A stretch of DNA of 10,844 bases from a virus (taxonomy: Duplodnaviria; Heunggongvirae; Uroviricota; Caudoviricetes). Shown piece after piece: positions 1 to 6,928 of this stretch. The notes beneath the pieces are model-generated. The model made no database searches. It was given only the letters and a program-made list of their open reading frames with translations, and had not been told where the DNA came from. The DNA is taken from positions 1 to 10,844 of IMG/VR virus record IMGVR_UViG_2537561687_000016; one strand, written 5' to 3'. Numbering within the stretch: the stretch's first letter is position 1; each line of letters begins with the position of its first letter. Both the position numbers and the translations under genes were made by a program.

Positions 1-1170
1 ATGCCCCTAAATGATATGCAGATTCGCTGTGCTAAACCTGAAGCTAAAGCCTATACACTTGGGGATGGGCAAGGGCTGTCTTTACTTGTAGAGCCAAATG
101 GAAGTAAAAGCTGGCGATTTCGTTATCGCTATGCAGGTAAACCTAAAATGATCTCGCTTGGTGTCTATCCAACGATCACACTTGCTGAAGCTCGTTCCCG
201 TCGTGATGAGGCCCGAAAAATAGTGGCTGAGGGAAAAAACCCTAGTGAGGTACGAAAAGAGCAAAAACTAGCATTAAGAATTCAATCTGAGAATGCATTC
301 GAAAAGATTGCTAGAGAGTGGCATCGGATGAAGTCTTTAAAATGGTCTGCTGGGTACGCCTCGGATATTATGGAGGCGTTCCAGAACGATATTTTTCCGT
401 ATGTGGGAACTAGGCCTGTAGGAGAAATTAAACCGCTAGAGCTGTTAAATGTACTGCGTAAAATTGAGAAGCGTGGCGCATTGGAGAAAATGCGAAAAGT
501 ACGGCAACGTTGCTCAGAAGTTTTTCGATATGCCATTGCCACCGGAAGAGCAGAGTTTAATCCTGCCGCAGATCTGTCCAGTGCTCTCGAAGTACATAAA
601 TCAAATCATTTTCCATTCTTAAAATCAGATGAGATACCTGATTTTCTGCGTGCTTTAGAGCGCTATACAGGGAGTCGACTTGTCGTTATTGCTACGAAGT
701 TATTGATGATCACGGGAGTAAGAACCATCGAATTACGTACCGCATTATGGTCAGAATTTGATTTGGATAACGCTATTTGGGAAATTCCCGCTGAAAGAAT
801 GAAAATGCGCAGGTCACATCTTGTGCCATTGTCGACCCAAGCGTTAGATTTACTTAATGAACTCAAGATAATGACAGGGAACTATCGTTATGTTTTTCCG
901 GGGCGGAATGATCCGAAAAAGCCTATGAGTGAGGCGAGTATCAACCAAGTCATCAAACGTATCGGTTATAACGGGAGAGTGACGGGGCATGGATTTAGGC
1001 ACACATTGTCTACAATATTGCATGAAGAATGTTACGATTCTGCATGGATAGAGATGCAATTAGCTCATGTAGATAGAAATAATATACGTGGTACTTATAA
1101 TCATGCTCAATATTTAGAAAAAAGAATAAGCATGATGCAATGGTATTCAAATAAATTACTTGGTGAATAA
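1..1170 (+). CDS. int: P4-family tyrosine integrase (site-specific recombinase), 389 aa
   Basis: ORF starts at window position 1 (ATG). N-terminal MPLNDMQIRCAKP...GDGQGLSLLVEPNGSKSWRFRY resembles the P4/CP4-57 integrase arm-binding region. C-terminal catalytic region HGFRHT...LAHVDRNNIRGTYNHAQYLEKR carries the conserved R/H and the RGTY tyrosine. May be preceded by an att site/tRNA outside the window. Confidence 0.9.
   Translation: MPLNDMQIRCAKPEAKAYTLGDGQGLSLLVEPNGSKSWRFRYRYAGKPKMISLGVYPTITLAEARSRRDEARKIVAEGKNPSEVRKEQKLALRIQSENAFEKIAREWHRMKSLKWSAGYASDIMEAFQNDIFPYVGTRPVGEIKPLELLNVLRKIEKRGALEKMRKVRQRCSEVFRYAIATGRAEFNPAADLSSALEVHKSNHFPFLKSDEIPDFLRALERYTGSRLVVIATKLLMITGVRTIELRTALWSEFDLDNAIWEIPAERMKMRRSHLVPLSTQALDLLNELKIMTGNYRYVFPGRNDPKKPMSEASINQVIKRIGYNGRVTGHGFRHTLSTILHEECYDSAWIEMQLAHVDRNNIRGTYNHAQYLEKRISMMQWYSNKLLGE
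1074..1101 (+). promoter_or_regulatory. Candidate sigma70-type promoter embedded in the 3' end of int, possibly driving the cargo gene
   Basis: TATAAT at 1096-1101 with a weak -35-like TAGAAA at 1074-1079 (16-nt spacer). There is no intergenic space between int and the cargo (2 nt), so any dedicated promoter must lie inside int. Pattern match only. Confidence 0.25.
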
Positions 1171-1172
1171 TT

Positions 1173-3920
1173 ATGAATGTTGACATTAAACATTTTGAAC
1201 ACATTATTAAAGCTGCAGATGACAACTCACTAGCAATTTTTGTCGGAGCTGGGGTATCTAAATCAGCGGAGAATGATACAACCAAATTACCTACATGGTC
1301 AGATTTGATCGAAGAGTTAAAAATAGATCTTGGTATAACCTATGAATTAGATTACCTGAAAGTGGCACAATTATATTTTTTAGAATTTGGTCCTCATACT
1401 TACTATAAGAAAATCAAAAAGTATTTCCCTGACAATCTTGTTCCATCTAAAATACATGAATTAATTTTTGGGATAAATCCGCATTATGTAATTACTACAA
1501 ATTGGGATTGTCTGCTTGAGACTTCGATGTTAGAAAATGCATATATTTATGACTTGGTTTGCAGTGATCAGGATCTAATGAAATCAAGCCTTGATAAAAA
1601 ACTTATTAAAATGCATGGTGATTTCAAGAATCATAATATAGTTTTCAAAGAAGATGATTACATCAATTATGAATTTAATTTTCCATTGTTGTCGAATTAT
1701 ATAAAGAGCATATTATCAACTCACACAATAATTTTTATTGGCTATTCTTATAGTGATATTGATATTAAGCAAATAATAAAATGGGCTCAAAATCATACAT
1801 CGATACGCCCTCCAATGTATTTGTTGGTGTATGAAAATGACGTTGTGCAAAGTCGGTACTTAGCAAGTCATGGTGTGCAGACTCTCATGGCAGGAGATTA
1901 CAATGGTGGTGGGTATTCTGATTATCGAACTAACAAATTATATGGTTTTCTGAAGTCAGTAAAAGATAAAAAAGTTAGTAGTAGTGTTGATAAAAGTGTA
2001 ATTAATATTGTTTTTGCAAAGTTAGCAGAGCTTGGAACATTAAATGCAATATTAGCCGATCAGATTACTAGTTGTTTAGGTGAATGTTATATAGTTTATC
2101 GTGAGGTTGAAAATCGTCAGGTTGCATTATTAAAGTTCTATAGGAATGAAGCAACTCAGTTACAAAATGCAGAGCTCAGAGAAATTTATGCTAAATTTAA
2201 AAGAATTATAAAGACTAGCGATGATACAGGAGAGCATAGAAACTTACTTGGACCAATATTTGATATATTACAAAAAGCAGATATTGCTGGTGTAATCTGC
2301 GACGATGAAGACAAAGAAGCTGTTTTGACTCGTGATATGGCAACAACTCCTGTGAGAAAAAAAGCAGTTGAGGTTTTTAGGTTTGATTATAATAATAAAT
2401 TTGATTTTAGTAAAAAAAATAAATCAATTATGAATTTAAGCTTCGATAAAACAGATCCTTATCTATTTTATCAGCAATGTGATTTTGAAATGGCTTATCA
2501 TGCGGTTGATATTATAATTAAGCATGAGTTGAAGCATAAAAACTATGCCTCATTACTTATATCCCTTTTAAACCATAATATGATTTTACATGTTTTAAAA
2601 AATAGTTTTTTTCACAGGCGAGATAATTTCAGCGATTCAGAATCTTATGATATTAATGAGAGGTTTGACAACTTTCCAAAAAACGTGAAGAGATCACTAT
2701 CTACTTTGTTAGATATTGTTAATGTTGATTATATGTTCAAGTTTATACATTCTGTAGATAAGATACTAACAAAAAATAAAGATAGAGAAGATAAGAAGAC
2801 TTTTTTTTACTTGGATGCTGAAGAGTATAAAACTGATTTTGTTCATAAAAATATACTTTACTTCATAAAAGAAAATGGTTGTCTTGTTGATAACTATTCT
2901 GAGTTTAAATATGCTATTAATAAGATATTTGAGATAAAGGCTACAAAGCAAAAATCACAGGTAAATAATGATTCGATATTGTTTTCATTAGAGGAATTAT
3001 ACTCTGCAATTAAGTATTTAGAAAGTAATAGCCTTAAGGAAAAATTCAAATATAAAAAGAGAAATAAATATCTGAAGTTAGAATTAGATAGTGAAAGTGC
3101 AGAATGGTTGTTGAATCATGCTTTCAAGGAGTTGAGTCAGTTTTATAGAGAGAAAAAAGGAGTAGGTAATTATCATTTGGAGTCATTTAAAAATGCACTT
3201 TATCTTTTAGCCTTTTCTGATGAAAGCCATAATGATAAGGAATTGATTTATAGAGAGTTAATTGGCTTGGTTAGTGGTGATTACAATCAACTCGATTTTA
3301 TTGATTGCATTACTGAATATGTGACAATCTGTTTTAATAATAAAGGGAAGATAGATTTAGAGTTTATAAGAGGTTTGATGAATGGTTTGATTGAAAATTA
3401 TTCGTCATCAACAATTAAACAGAGACGCTACTTCAATAATATATTGAACTCTGCACGTAATATTTTCATCATTGCTAATGAGTTAGGTTTATCATTTGAT
3501 AATCATGTCTTATTGAAGCAATTATTATCGTCGGTAAATGATTGCGAATCTATCGAAAAAATTAGAACTGTAGAAACCATTATTTACGAACTTTTTATTG
3601 TTGGGGATGAACTGACTAAGAAAATGATAAAGGAGTTTATTAGTTTACTTGATATAGAACAATTTGGACACGATAAAAAAATCAAGTTTAAACTTTTTTT
3701 ATTGGCTGCTAGCATAATTGAAAAAGATGATCGTATAGCTAATGATACTCTTACTATGATTAAAAATTTATCCAAGAATAAATTTAGTTCGGAATTGTAC
3801 TCAATGAGAAATACACTCGAATTTTTAGTTAATAATAAAAAGATGCAGGAATTTTCTGAATCTTATGACGAAATAAAAAAAGTGATCTCACTTTTAGAAA
3901 ATAAATATCTAAGTCATTAA
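1173..3920 (+). CDS. SIR2-like (SIR2_2-type) domain protein, 915 aa, with large C-terminal domain of unknown function; candidate single-gene anti-phage defence protein (DSR-like)
   Basis: Complete ORF, ATG 1173 to TAA 3918-3920. N-terminal approx 230 aa show SIR2-like hallmarks: Rossmann FVGAGVSKS (res 23-31), TWSDL, ITTNWD with Asn110 (nt 1500-1502), KMHGD with His148 (nt 1614-1616), FIGYSYSDID (res 188-197). No Walker A or other catalytic motif seen in the remaining ~650 aa. Strongly AT-rich versus the flanking backbone. Confidence 0.75.
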   Translation: MNVDIKHFEHIIKAADDNSLAIFVGAGVSKSAENDTTKLPTWSDLIEELKIDLGITYELDYLKVAQLYFLEFGPHTYYKKIKKYFPDNLVPSKIHELIFGINPHYVITTNWDCLLETSMLENAYIYDLVCSDQDLMKSSLDKKLIKMHGDFKNHNIVFKEDDYINYEFNFPLLSNYIKSILSTHTIIFIGYSYSDIDIKQIIKWAQNHTSIRPPMYLLVYENDVVQSRYLASHGVQTLMAGDYNGGGYSDYRTNKLYGFLKSVKDKKVSSSVDKSVINIVFAKLAELGTLNAILADQITSCLGECYIVYREVENRQVALLKFYRNEATQLQNAELREIYAKFKRIIKTSDDTGEHRNLLGPIFDILQKADIAGVICDDEDKEAVLTRDMATTPVRKKAVEVFRFDYNNKFDFSKKNKSIMNLSFDKTDPYLFYQQCDFEMAYHAVDIIIKHELKHKNYASLLISLLNHNMILHVLKNSFFHRRDNFSDSESYDINERFDNFPKNVKRSLSTLLDIVNVDYMFKFIHSVDKILTKNKDREDKKTFFYLDAEEYKTDFVHKNILYFIKENGCLVDNYSEFKYAINKIFEIKATKQKSQVNNDSILFSLEELYSAIKYLESNSLKEKFKYKKRNKYLKLELDSESAEWLLNHAFKELSQFYREKKGVGNYHLESFKNALYLLAFSDESHNDKELIYRELIGLVSGDYNQLDFIDCITEYVTICFNNKGKIDLEFIRGLMNGLIENYSSSTIKQRRYFNNILNSARNIFIIANELGLSFDNHVLLKQLLSSVNDCESIEKIRTVETIIYELFIVGDELTKKMIKEFISLLDIEQFGHDKKIKFKLFLLAASIIEKDDRIANDTLTMIKNLSKNKFSSELYSMRNTLEFLVNNKKMQEFSESYDEIKKVISLLENKYLSH

Positions 3921-3984
3921 AGTAACTTTTATGATTTTTTATTATCGATAATTGCAGCAATTATAAGATGAGCGTTAGTGCGCA

Positions 3985-4003
3985 GTGCTTTCCCCGCCTC
4001 GCC
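3985..4003. other. cos site core (P2/P4-type 19-nt cohesive end sequence)
   Basis: GTGCTTTCCCCGCCTCGCC at 3985-4003 is the exact reverse complement of GGCGAGGCGGGGAAAGCAC, which I recall as the 19-nt cohesive end of P2/P4. Immediately followed by a GC-rich stem (4003-4008 pairing with 4017-4022) and TTTT. Confidence 0.7.
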
Positions 4004-4104
4004 CGCCCGCTTTGCGGGGCGGTTTTAATGCAGTTGCACTGACACGCTCAGGCCGTGCCGGGCGTGGCCTGGTATACAGAAAATGAGGCAGGAAAACGCA
4101 TGCA

Positions 4105-4137
4105 AAGCCATGCACCTTATCGATGCATGGCTTTTTT
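4105..4137 (+). terminator. Rho-independent terminator-like hairpin (plus-strand orientation)
   Basis: AAGCCATGCA (4105-4114) pairs with TGCATGGCTT (4124-4133), 9-nt loop, followed by a T-run (4132-4137). Lies between cos and the 3' end of psu, positioned to stop read-through from the int/cargo side. Confidence 0.5.
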
Positions 4138-4167
4138 CAGTAAAAACGGGCGGATTTTCGGGGAATT

Positions 4168-4740
4168 TTACACAGACTGACGTGATGCCAGTTGCGCACT
4201 TTTACGCGAAAAAATCATGTTCTGCGCAGGAGTGAATTTTTCACGGCTGTCATCCACCGAAGCCGCGTCAGGCCTGAATCCGATGGTCGTTAAAATGTCG
4301 CTATCCTGTGCGGAATAATTAATTTTTTCACCCTTCGCAAGCCAGGACAGAAGGGCTTCACGCAGGGCATCTGTGGCACGCTGTATGGCACAGTTTCGGG
4401 CAATGGCCGTCAGCTCACTGTAGCCCATCAGCTCCGGTGCCAGTGCCGCCGCCAGTGCTGTGCCGTGCTGCTGCATAAAATCATTCAGCCGGTCGCGGAT
4501 GCTGATGTGCTGAACGGCTTCATGCGAACGAATATAACGACCGGCGGCCTGATTCACCTGCCATTTTCTGACTTCGATAATATTGCGTAATTCGTCCAGG
4601 CGACTGACGTTTCTGCCTTCTCCTGACAGAAGCCGCAGATATTCCTGTTCGGCCGCTGCCAGCTCATTTTTGCGTTGCAGCCATGCTGCTTTGTTATTCT
4701 GACAGGTGTCAAAGGCCTGCTGTAAGGCTGTGCTTTCCAT
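4168..4740 (-). CDS. psu: Psu-like polarity suppression / capsid decoration protein, 190 aa
   Basis: 190-aa ORF, same length as P4 Psu; N-terminus MESTALQQAFDTCQNNKAAWLQRKNELAAAEQEY matches my recollection of P4 Psu. Last gene of the minus-strand sid-delta-psu operon. Confidence 0.85.
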   Translation of the reverse strand: MESTALQQAFDTCQNNKAAWLQRKNELAAAEQEYLRLLSGEGRNVSRLDELRNIIEVRKWQVNQAAGRYIRSHEAVQHISIRDRLNDFMQQHGTALAAALAPELMGYSELTAIARNCAIQRATDALREALLSWLAKGEKINYSAQDSDILTTIGFRPDAASVDDSREKFTPAQNMIFSRKSAQLASRQSV

Positions 4741-4813
4741 CGTTATCTCTTTCTCATCATGCTGAAGAATAAAAATACGGTGTGCGGCGACGGCCGGTGT
4801 TAACCGGCAGCCC

Positions 4814-5314
4814 TCATTCCAGACGCAGCGAATATGATTGTGTTTTTAACCGTACTGGCGGCAGTTCCTGTTTTTCATGCAGGCGTTCTGCCAGTTCGTC
4901 CGGCGTGACCGGGCGGACAATGAAGCGGTTGATGGTCTGAAGCGTTTTAAACACCAGACCACAGCCCGGATCCGTGCACACATAAAAACGCTCGGTGACT
5001 TCCTGAGACAGACGCCGCGATGTTCTTGACAGTGCAAGGCCTTTACATCTCCGACAACAATATCCGGTAACAAGCATTCTTTTCGGGCGTTTCATACTGC
5101 CGGAGGCTGACGTCAGTGAATCGCGGTATCTCTGTTTGCCTGAAATGTATTCCATTCCTGAATCTTTACTGTCAGAGAAAAAGCTTTCACTCGCTTCAAA
5201 TGTCGCAGAGCAATAAATATTCCGGCACTGTGCAATCATTATCTTGGTGCCATCGTCCATGAAATGTGCGCGACGGGTGTGAGCAACATGTCCACACGAC
5301 GGGCAGTAAATCAT
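4814..5314 (-). CDS. delta: Delta-like late transcriptional activator (tandem Ogr-type zinc fingers), 166 aa
   Basis: 166 aa, same length as P4 Delta. Two Cys-rich Ogr-like modules (MIYCPSCGH...C...C and CRRC...CTDPGCG). Start codon overlaps the sid stop (ATGA at 5311-5314). Confidence 0.85.
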   Translation of the reverse strand: MIYCPSCGHVAHTRRAHFMDDGTKIMIAQCRNIYCSATFEASESFFSDSKDSGMEYISGKQRYRDSLTSASGSMKRPKRMLVTGYCCRRCKGLALSRTSRRLSQEVTERFYVCTDPGCGLVFKTLQTINRFIVRPVTPDELAERLHEKQELPPVRLKTQSYSLRLE

Positions 5315-6044
5315 GACAGCAGTCCTCTGGCCTTAAGCTCTGCTCCCTGCTGGTCTATTTTGTCCTGCCACACCTTGCGCTGTGCCGGTGTGCCTGCCAC
5401 CTCATAATCCATGTGCGGGAGTGTTGCCGCTGACAGTCCGGTCAGCCGGAGAACCGGCTCGCCGGTGAGGCTGATTTGCATCTGTTTAATTTTCTGTTCC
5501 AGCGATGATTTCACCTGCTGCATGACAGCCTTTTCCGGTGCGACGTAGCCCTGATGGCCGGTGGTGTTGGCGAGCGGATTTTCCTGTACCAGAATGCTCA
5601 GATGCATTGCCCGGACAAGCGCCTCACAGGTTTCATTCAGGGCGTGTTCCAGCTCATGCTCTGCATACAGACTCAGAAGGTGATGATGTGCCTTCCGGTA
5701 GGCGGTGGCCGTGCTGTCACACGCCCCTTTCAGGCGTTCCGTTCAAAATTCAGCACCACGGCCAGATTGTCATATTCCTGTACCAGCTCCCGGCGTGCCA
5801 CGCGCTCAATGTGGCGCTGTTTCAGCTCGTCGCTCAGGACACCACCGGCTGCACGAAAGGCCGTGCGCCAGTCGTCAGCGTCGTTTCCGTCGGCCTGCGC
5901 CAGCGCATTTTTTTCCTGCTCTGCCCGTTCAATGGCCGTGACGGTCTCATCCATCAGGCGGGCGTTCTCAAGATGGGCGGCTCTGGCCTTTTCCAGTTGT
6001 GCCAGTGCGGGTTGCAGATATTCAGGGATGGTGTTGTCAGACAT
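5311..6044 (-). pseudogene. sid: sid-like capsid size determination gene with an apparent 1-nt frameshift (two ORF fragments)
   Basis: N-terminal fragment (ATG at 6044-6042 with AGGAG RBS, to TGA at 5732-5730) begins MSDNTIPEYLQPALAQLEKARAAH. C-terminal fragment continues in another frame to TGA at 5313-5311. Total span 734 nt, one short of the 735 nt needed for a 244-aa Sid plus stop. Frame switch lies around 5725-5740. Confidence 0.6.
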
Positions 6045-6116
6045 TTTCCGGCTCCTCGTCACTTCAGGTTAAGAAAATTGTGACGTACACCGGACAACAA
6101 CACGACGCATTGCAGA

Positions 6117-6134
6117 TGTGCCAGCCCTGACACA
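6117..6134 (-). promoter_or_regulatory. TGT-N12-ACA dyad, candidate Delta/Ogr activator site of the leftward late promoter (P_sid-like)
   Basis: TGTGCCAGCCCTGACACA at 6117-6134. Centre is about 80 bp upstream of the sid ATG (6044), compatible with the roughly -55 position of Ogr/Delta sites at P2/P4 late promoters. Confidence 0.5.
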
Positions 6135-6213
6135 GGAGACTCATCCTCAGACCGGCAAGCCAGGAAAAGGTCGCAGGAAAAACCGGCTTACTGTTTGTTT
6201 TTTTATATTTTAC

Positions 6214-6317
6214 TGTTCACCTCTGTTCACCATAAGAAAAAAGATAAGTAATACAGTAAGTTAAAGGGTGAACAATCGCAGTAATGACTGTTCACCGTCT
6301 GTTCACCACTGTTCACC
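6214..6317. repeat. Iteron array: five direct copies and one inverted copy of TGTTCACC, candidate alpha-binding replication origin (P4 ori-like)
   Basis: Direct copies at 6214-6221, 6224-6231, 6289-6296, 6300-6307, 6310-6317 (spacing 10-11 bp); inverted copy GGTGAACA at 6267-6274. TGTTCACC is, as I recall, the type I iteron bound by P4 alpha at ori and crr. Array lies about 4.7 kb upstream of the projected alpha 3' end. Confidence 0.6.
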
Positions 6318-6420
6318 CGCTGATGGACTTTTTGTGCTGTTTACTACTGTTTGTTTTTATTAATTCGCCGTGAATGAATAAGAAGAAACGATTTGTATTT
6401 CACTATAAAAATTACGAATT

Positions 6421-6450
6421 GCTTTAAGTGGCTTTAAATGACTTTAAGTG
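6421..6450. repeat. Three tandem 10-bp repeats (GCTTTAAGTG / GCTTTAAATG / ACTTTAAGTG), candidate regulator binding sites
   Basis: Perfectly contiguous decamers with 1-2 mismatches, about 27 bp upstream of the rightward TGT-N12-ACA dyad. Function unknown. Confidence 0.4.
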
Positions 6451-6476
6451 GAGATGAACAAAAAACACACAGCCAT

Positions 6477-6494
6477 TGTAAGGCTGCCGGAACA
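6477..6494 (+). promoter_or_regulatory. TGT-N12-ACA dyad, candidate Delta/Ogr activator site of the rightward late promoter (P_LL-like) upstream of vis
   Basis: TGTAAGGCTGCCGGAACA at 6477-6494; centre about 110 bp upstream of the vis ATG (6597). Confidence 0.45.
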
Positions 6495-6596
6495 AATCCC
6501 CCCTGTTGCGTCTGCCAAAAATATTCACAAAATAAAGCGCTACCCGAAGCCGGACGGACTTATCCGGTGCTGTATGGACATTAACGAGGTAGCCCG

Positions 6597-6863
6597 ATGC
6601 AAGCTGTTTTTTCTTCCCCGTCTCCCGCCCCTGTGACGCCACTGATGCCGCTGCCGGACATCACGCAGGAGCGTTTTTTACGTCTGCCGGAAGTGATGCA
6701 CCTGTGCGGCCTGTCACGCTCGACCATCTACGAACTCATCCGTAAGGGGGAATTTCCGCCGCAGGTGAGTCTTGGCGGTAAAAATGTGGCCTGGCTGCAC
6801 TCTGAAGTCACCGCATGGATGGCCGGACGCATTGCCGGACGCAAACGGGGGTACGACGCATGA
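6597..6863 (+). CDS. vis: Vis-like (AlpA-family) small HTH DNA-binding regulator/excisionase, 88 aa
   Basis: 88 aa, same length as P4 orf88 (Vis). HTH-like core [27 protein letters not shown] typical of AlpA/Vis regulators. GAGG RBS at 6586-6589. Confidence 0.8.
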   Translation: MQAVFSSPSPAPVTPLMPLPDITQERFLRLPEVMHLCGLSRSTIYELIRKGEFPPQVSLGGKNVAWLHSEVTAWMAGRIAGRKRGYDA

Positions 6864-6898
6864 TGATGCCCGCTCTGCAAAAACTCCCTTTTTCTGGC

Positions 6899-6928
6899 TT
6901 GCCTTTTTCCGGCATTTGCGGATATAGT
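6899..6928 (+). promoter_or_regulatory. Candidate sigma70 promoter (P_LE-like) for the immunity/early operon
   Basis: TTGCCT (6899-6904), 18-nt spacer, TATAGT (6923-6928). A perfect 7-bp hairpin follows at 6935-6954 (GCTGCCG / CGGCAGC). Pattern match only. Confidence 0.35.

Noticed and set aside
82-1285. Minus-strand ORFs (60, 86, 67, 69, 91 aa) within int and the int/cargo junction
   Set aside because: Embedded antisense in a well-supported integrase gene; low-complexity translations and no start context.
2766-3775. Minus-strand ORFs 2766-2951 and 3584-3775
   Set aside because: Antisense within the AT-rich cargo gene; Ile/Phe/Lys-rich low-complexity products expected by chance.
1173-3920. 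Thoeris (ThsA/ThsB), SIR2-HerA or SIR2-APAZ/short-pAgo assignment for the cargo
   Set aside because: No second gene exists in the slot: no TIR-domain ORF, no HerA ATPase, no Argonaute. Only a single-protein SIR2 system fits.
4846-5073. 75-aa minus-strand ORF inside delta
   Set aside because: Alternative frame wholly within delta; the delta frame carries the conserved zinc-finger motifs.
5538-6083. Plus-strand ORFs of 181, 172 and 78 aa
   Set aside because: Antisense to sid; Ala/Arg/Ser/Cys-rich translations typical of GC-rich antisense frames.
6214-6317. Possibility that the TGTTCACC repeats are a CRISPR array
   Set aside because: Repeat unit is only 8 bp with 2-3 bp spacers and includes an inverted copy. 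This is an iteron-type binding-site array, not a CRISPR repeat-spacer structure.
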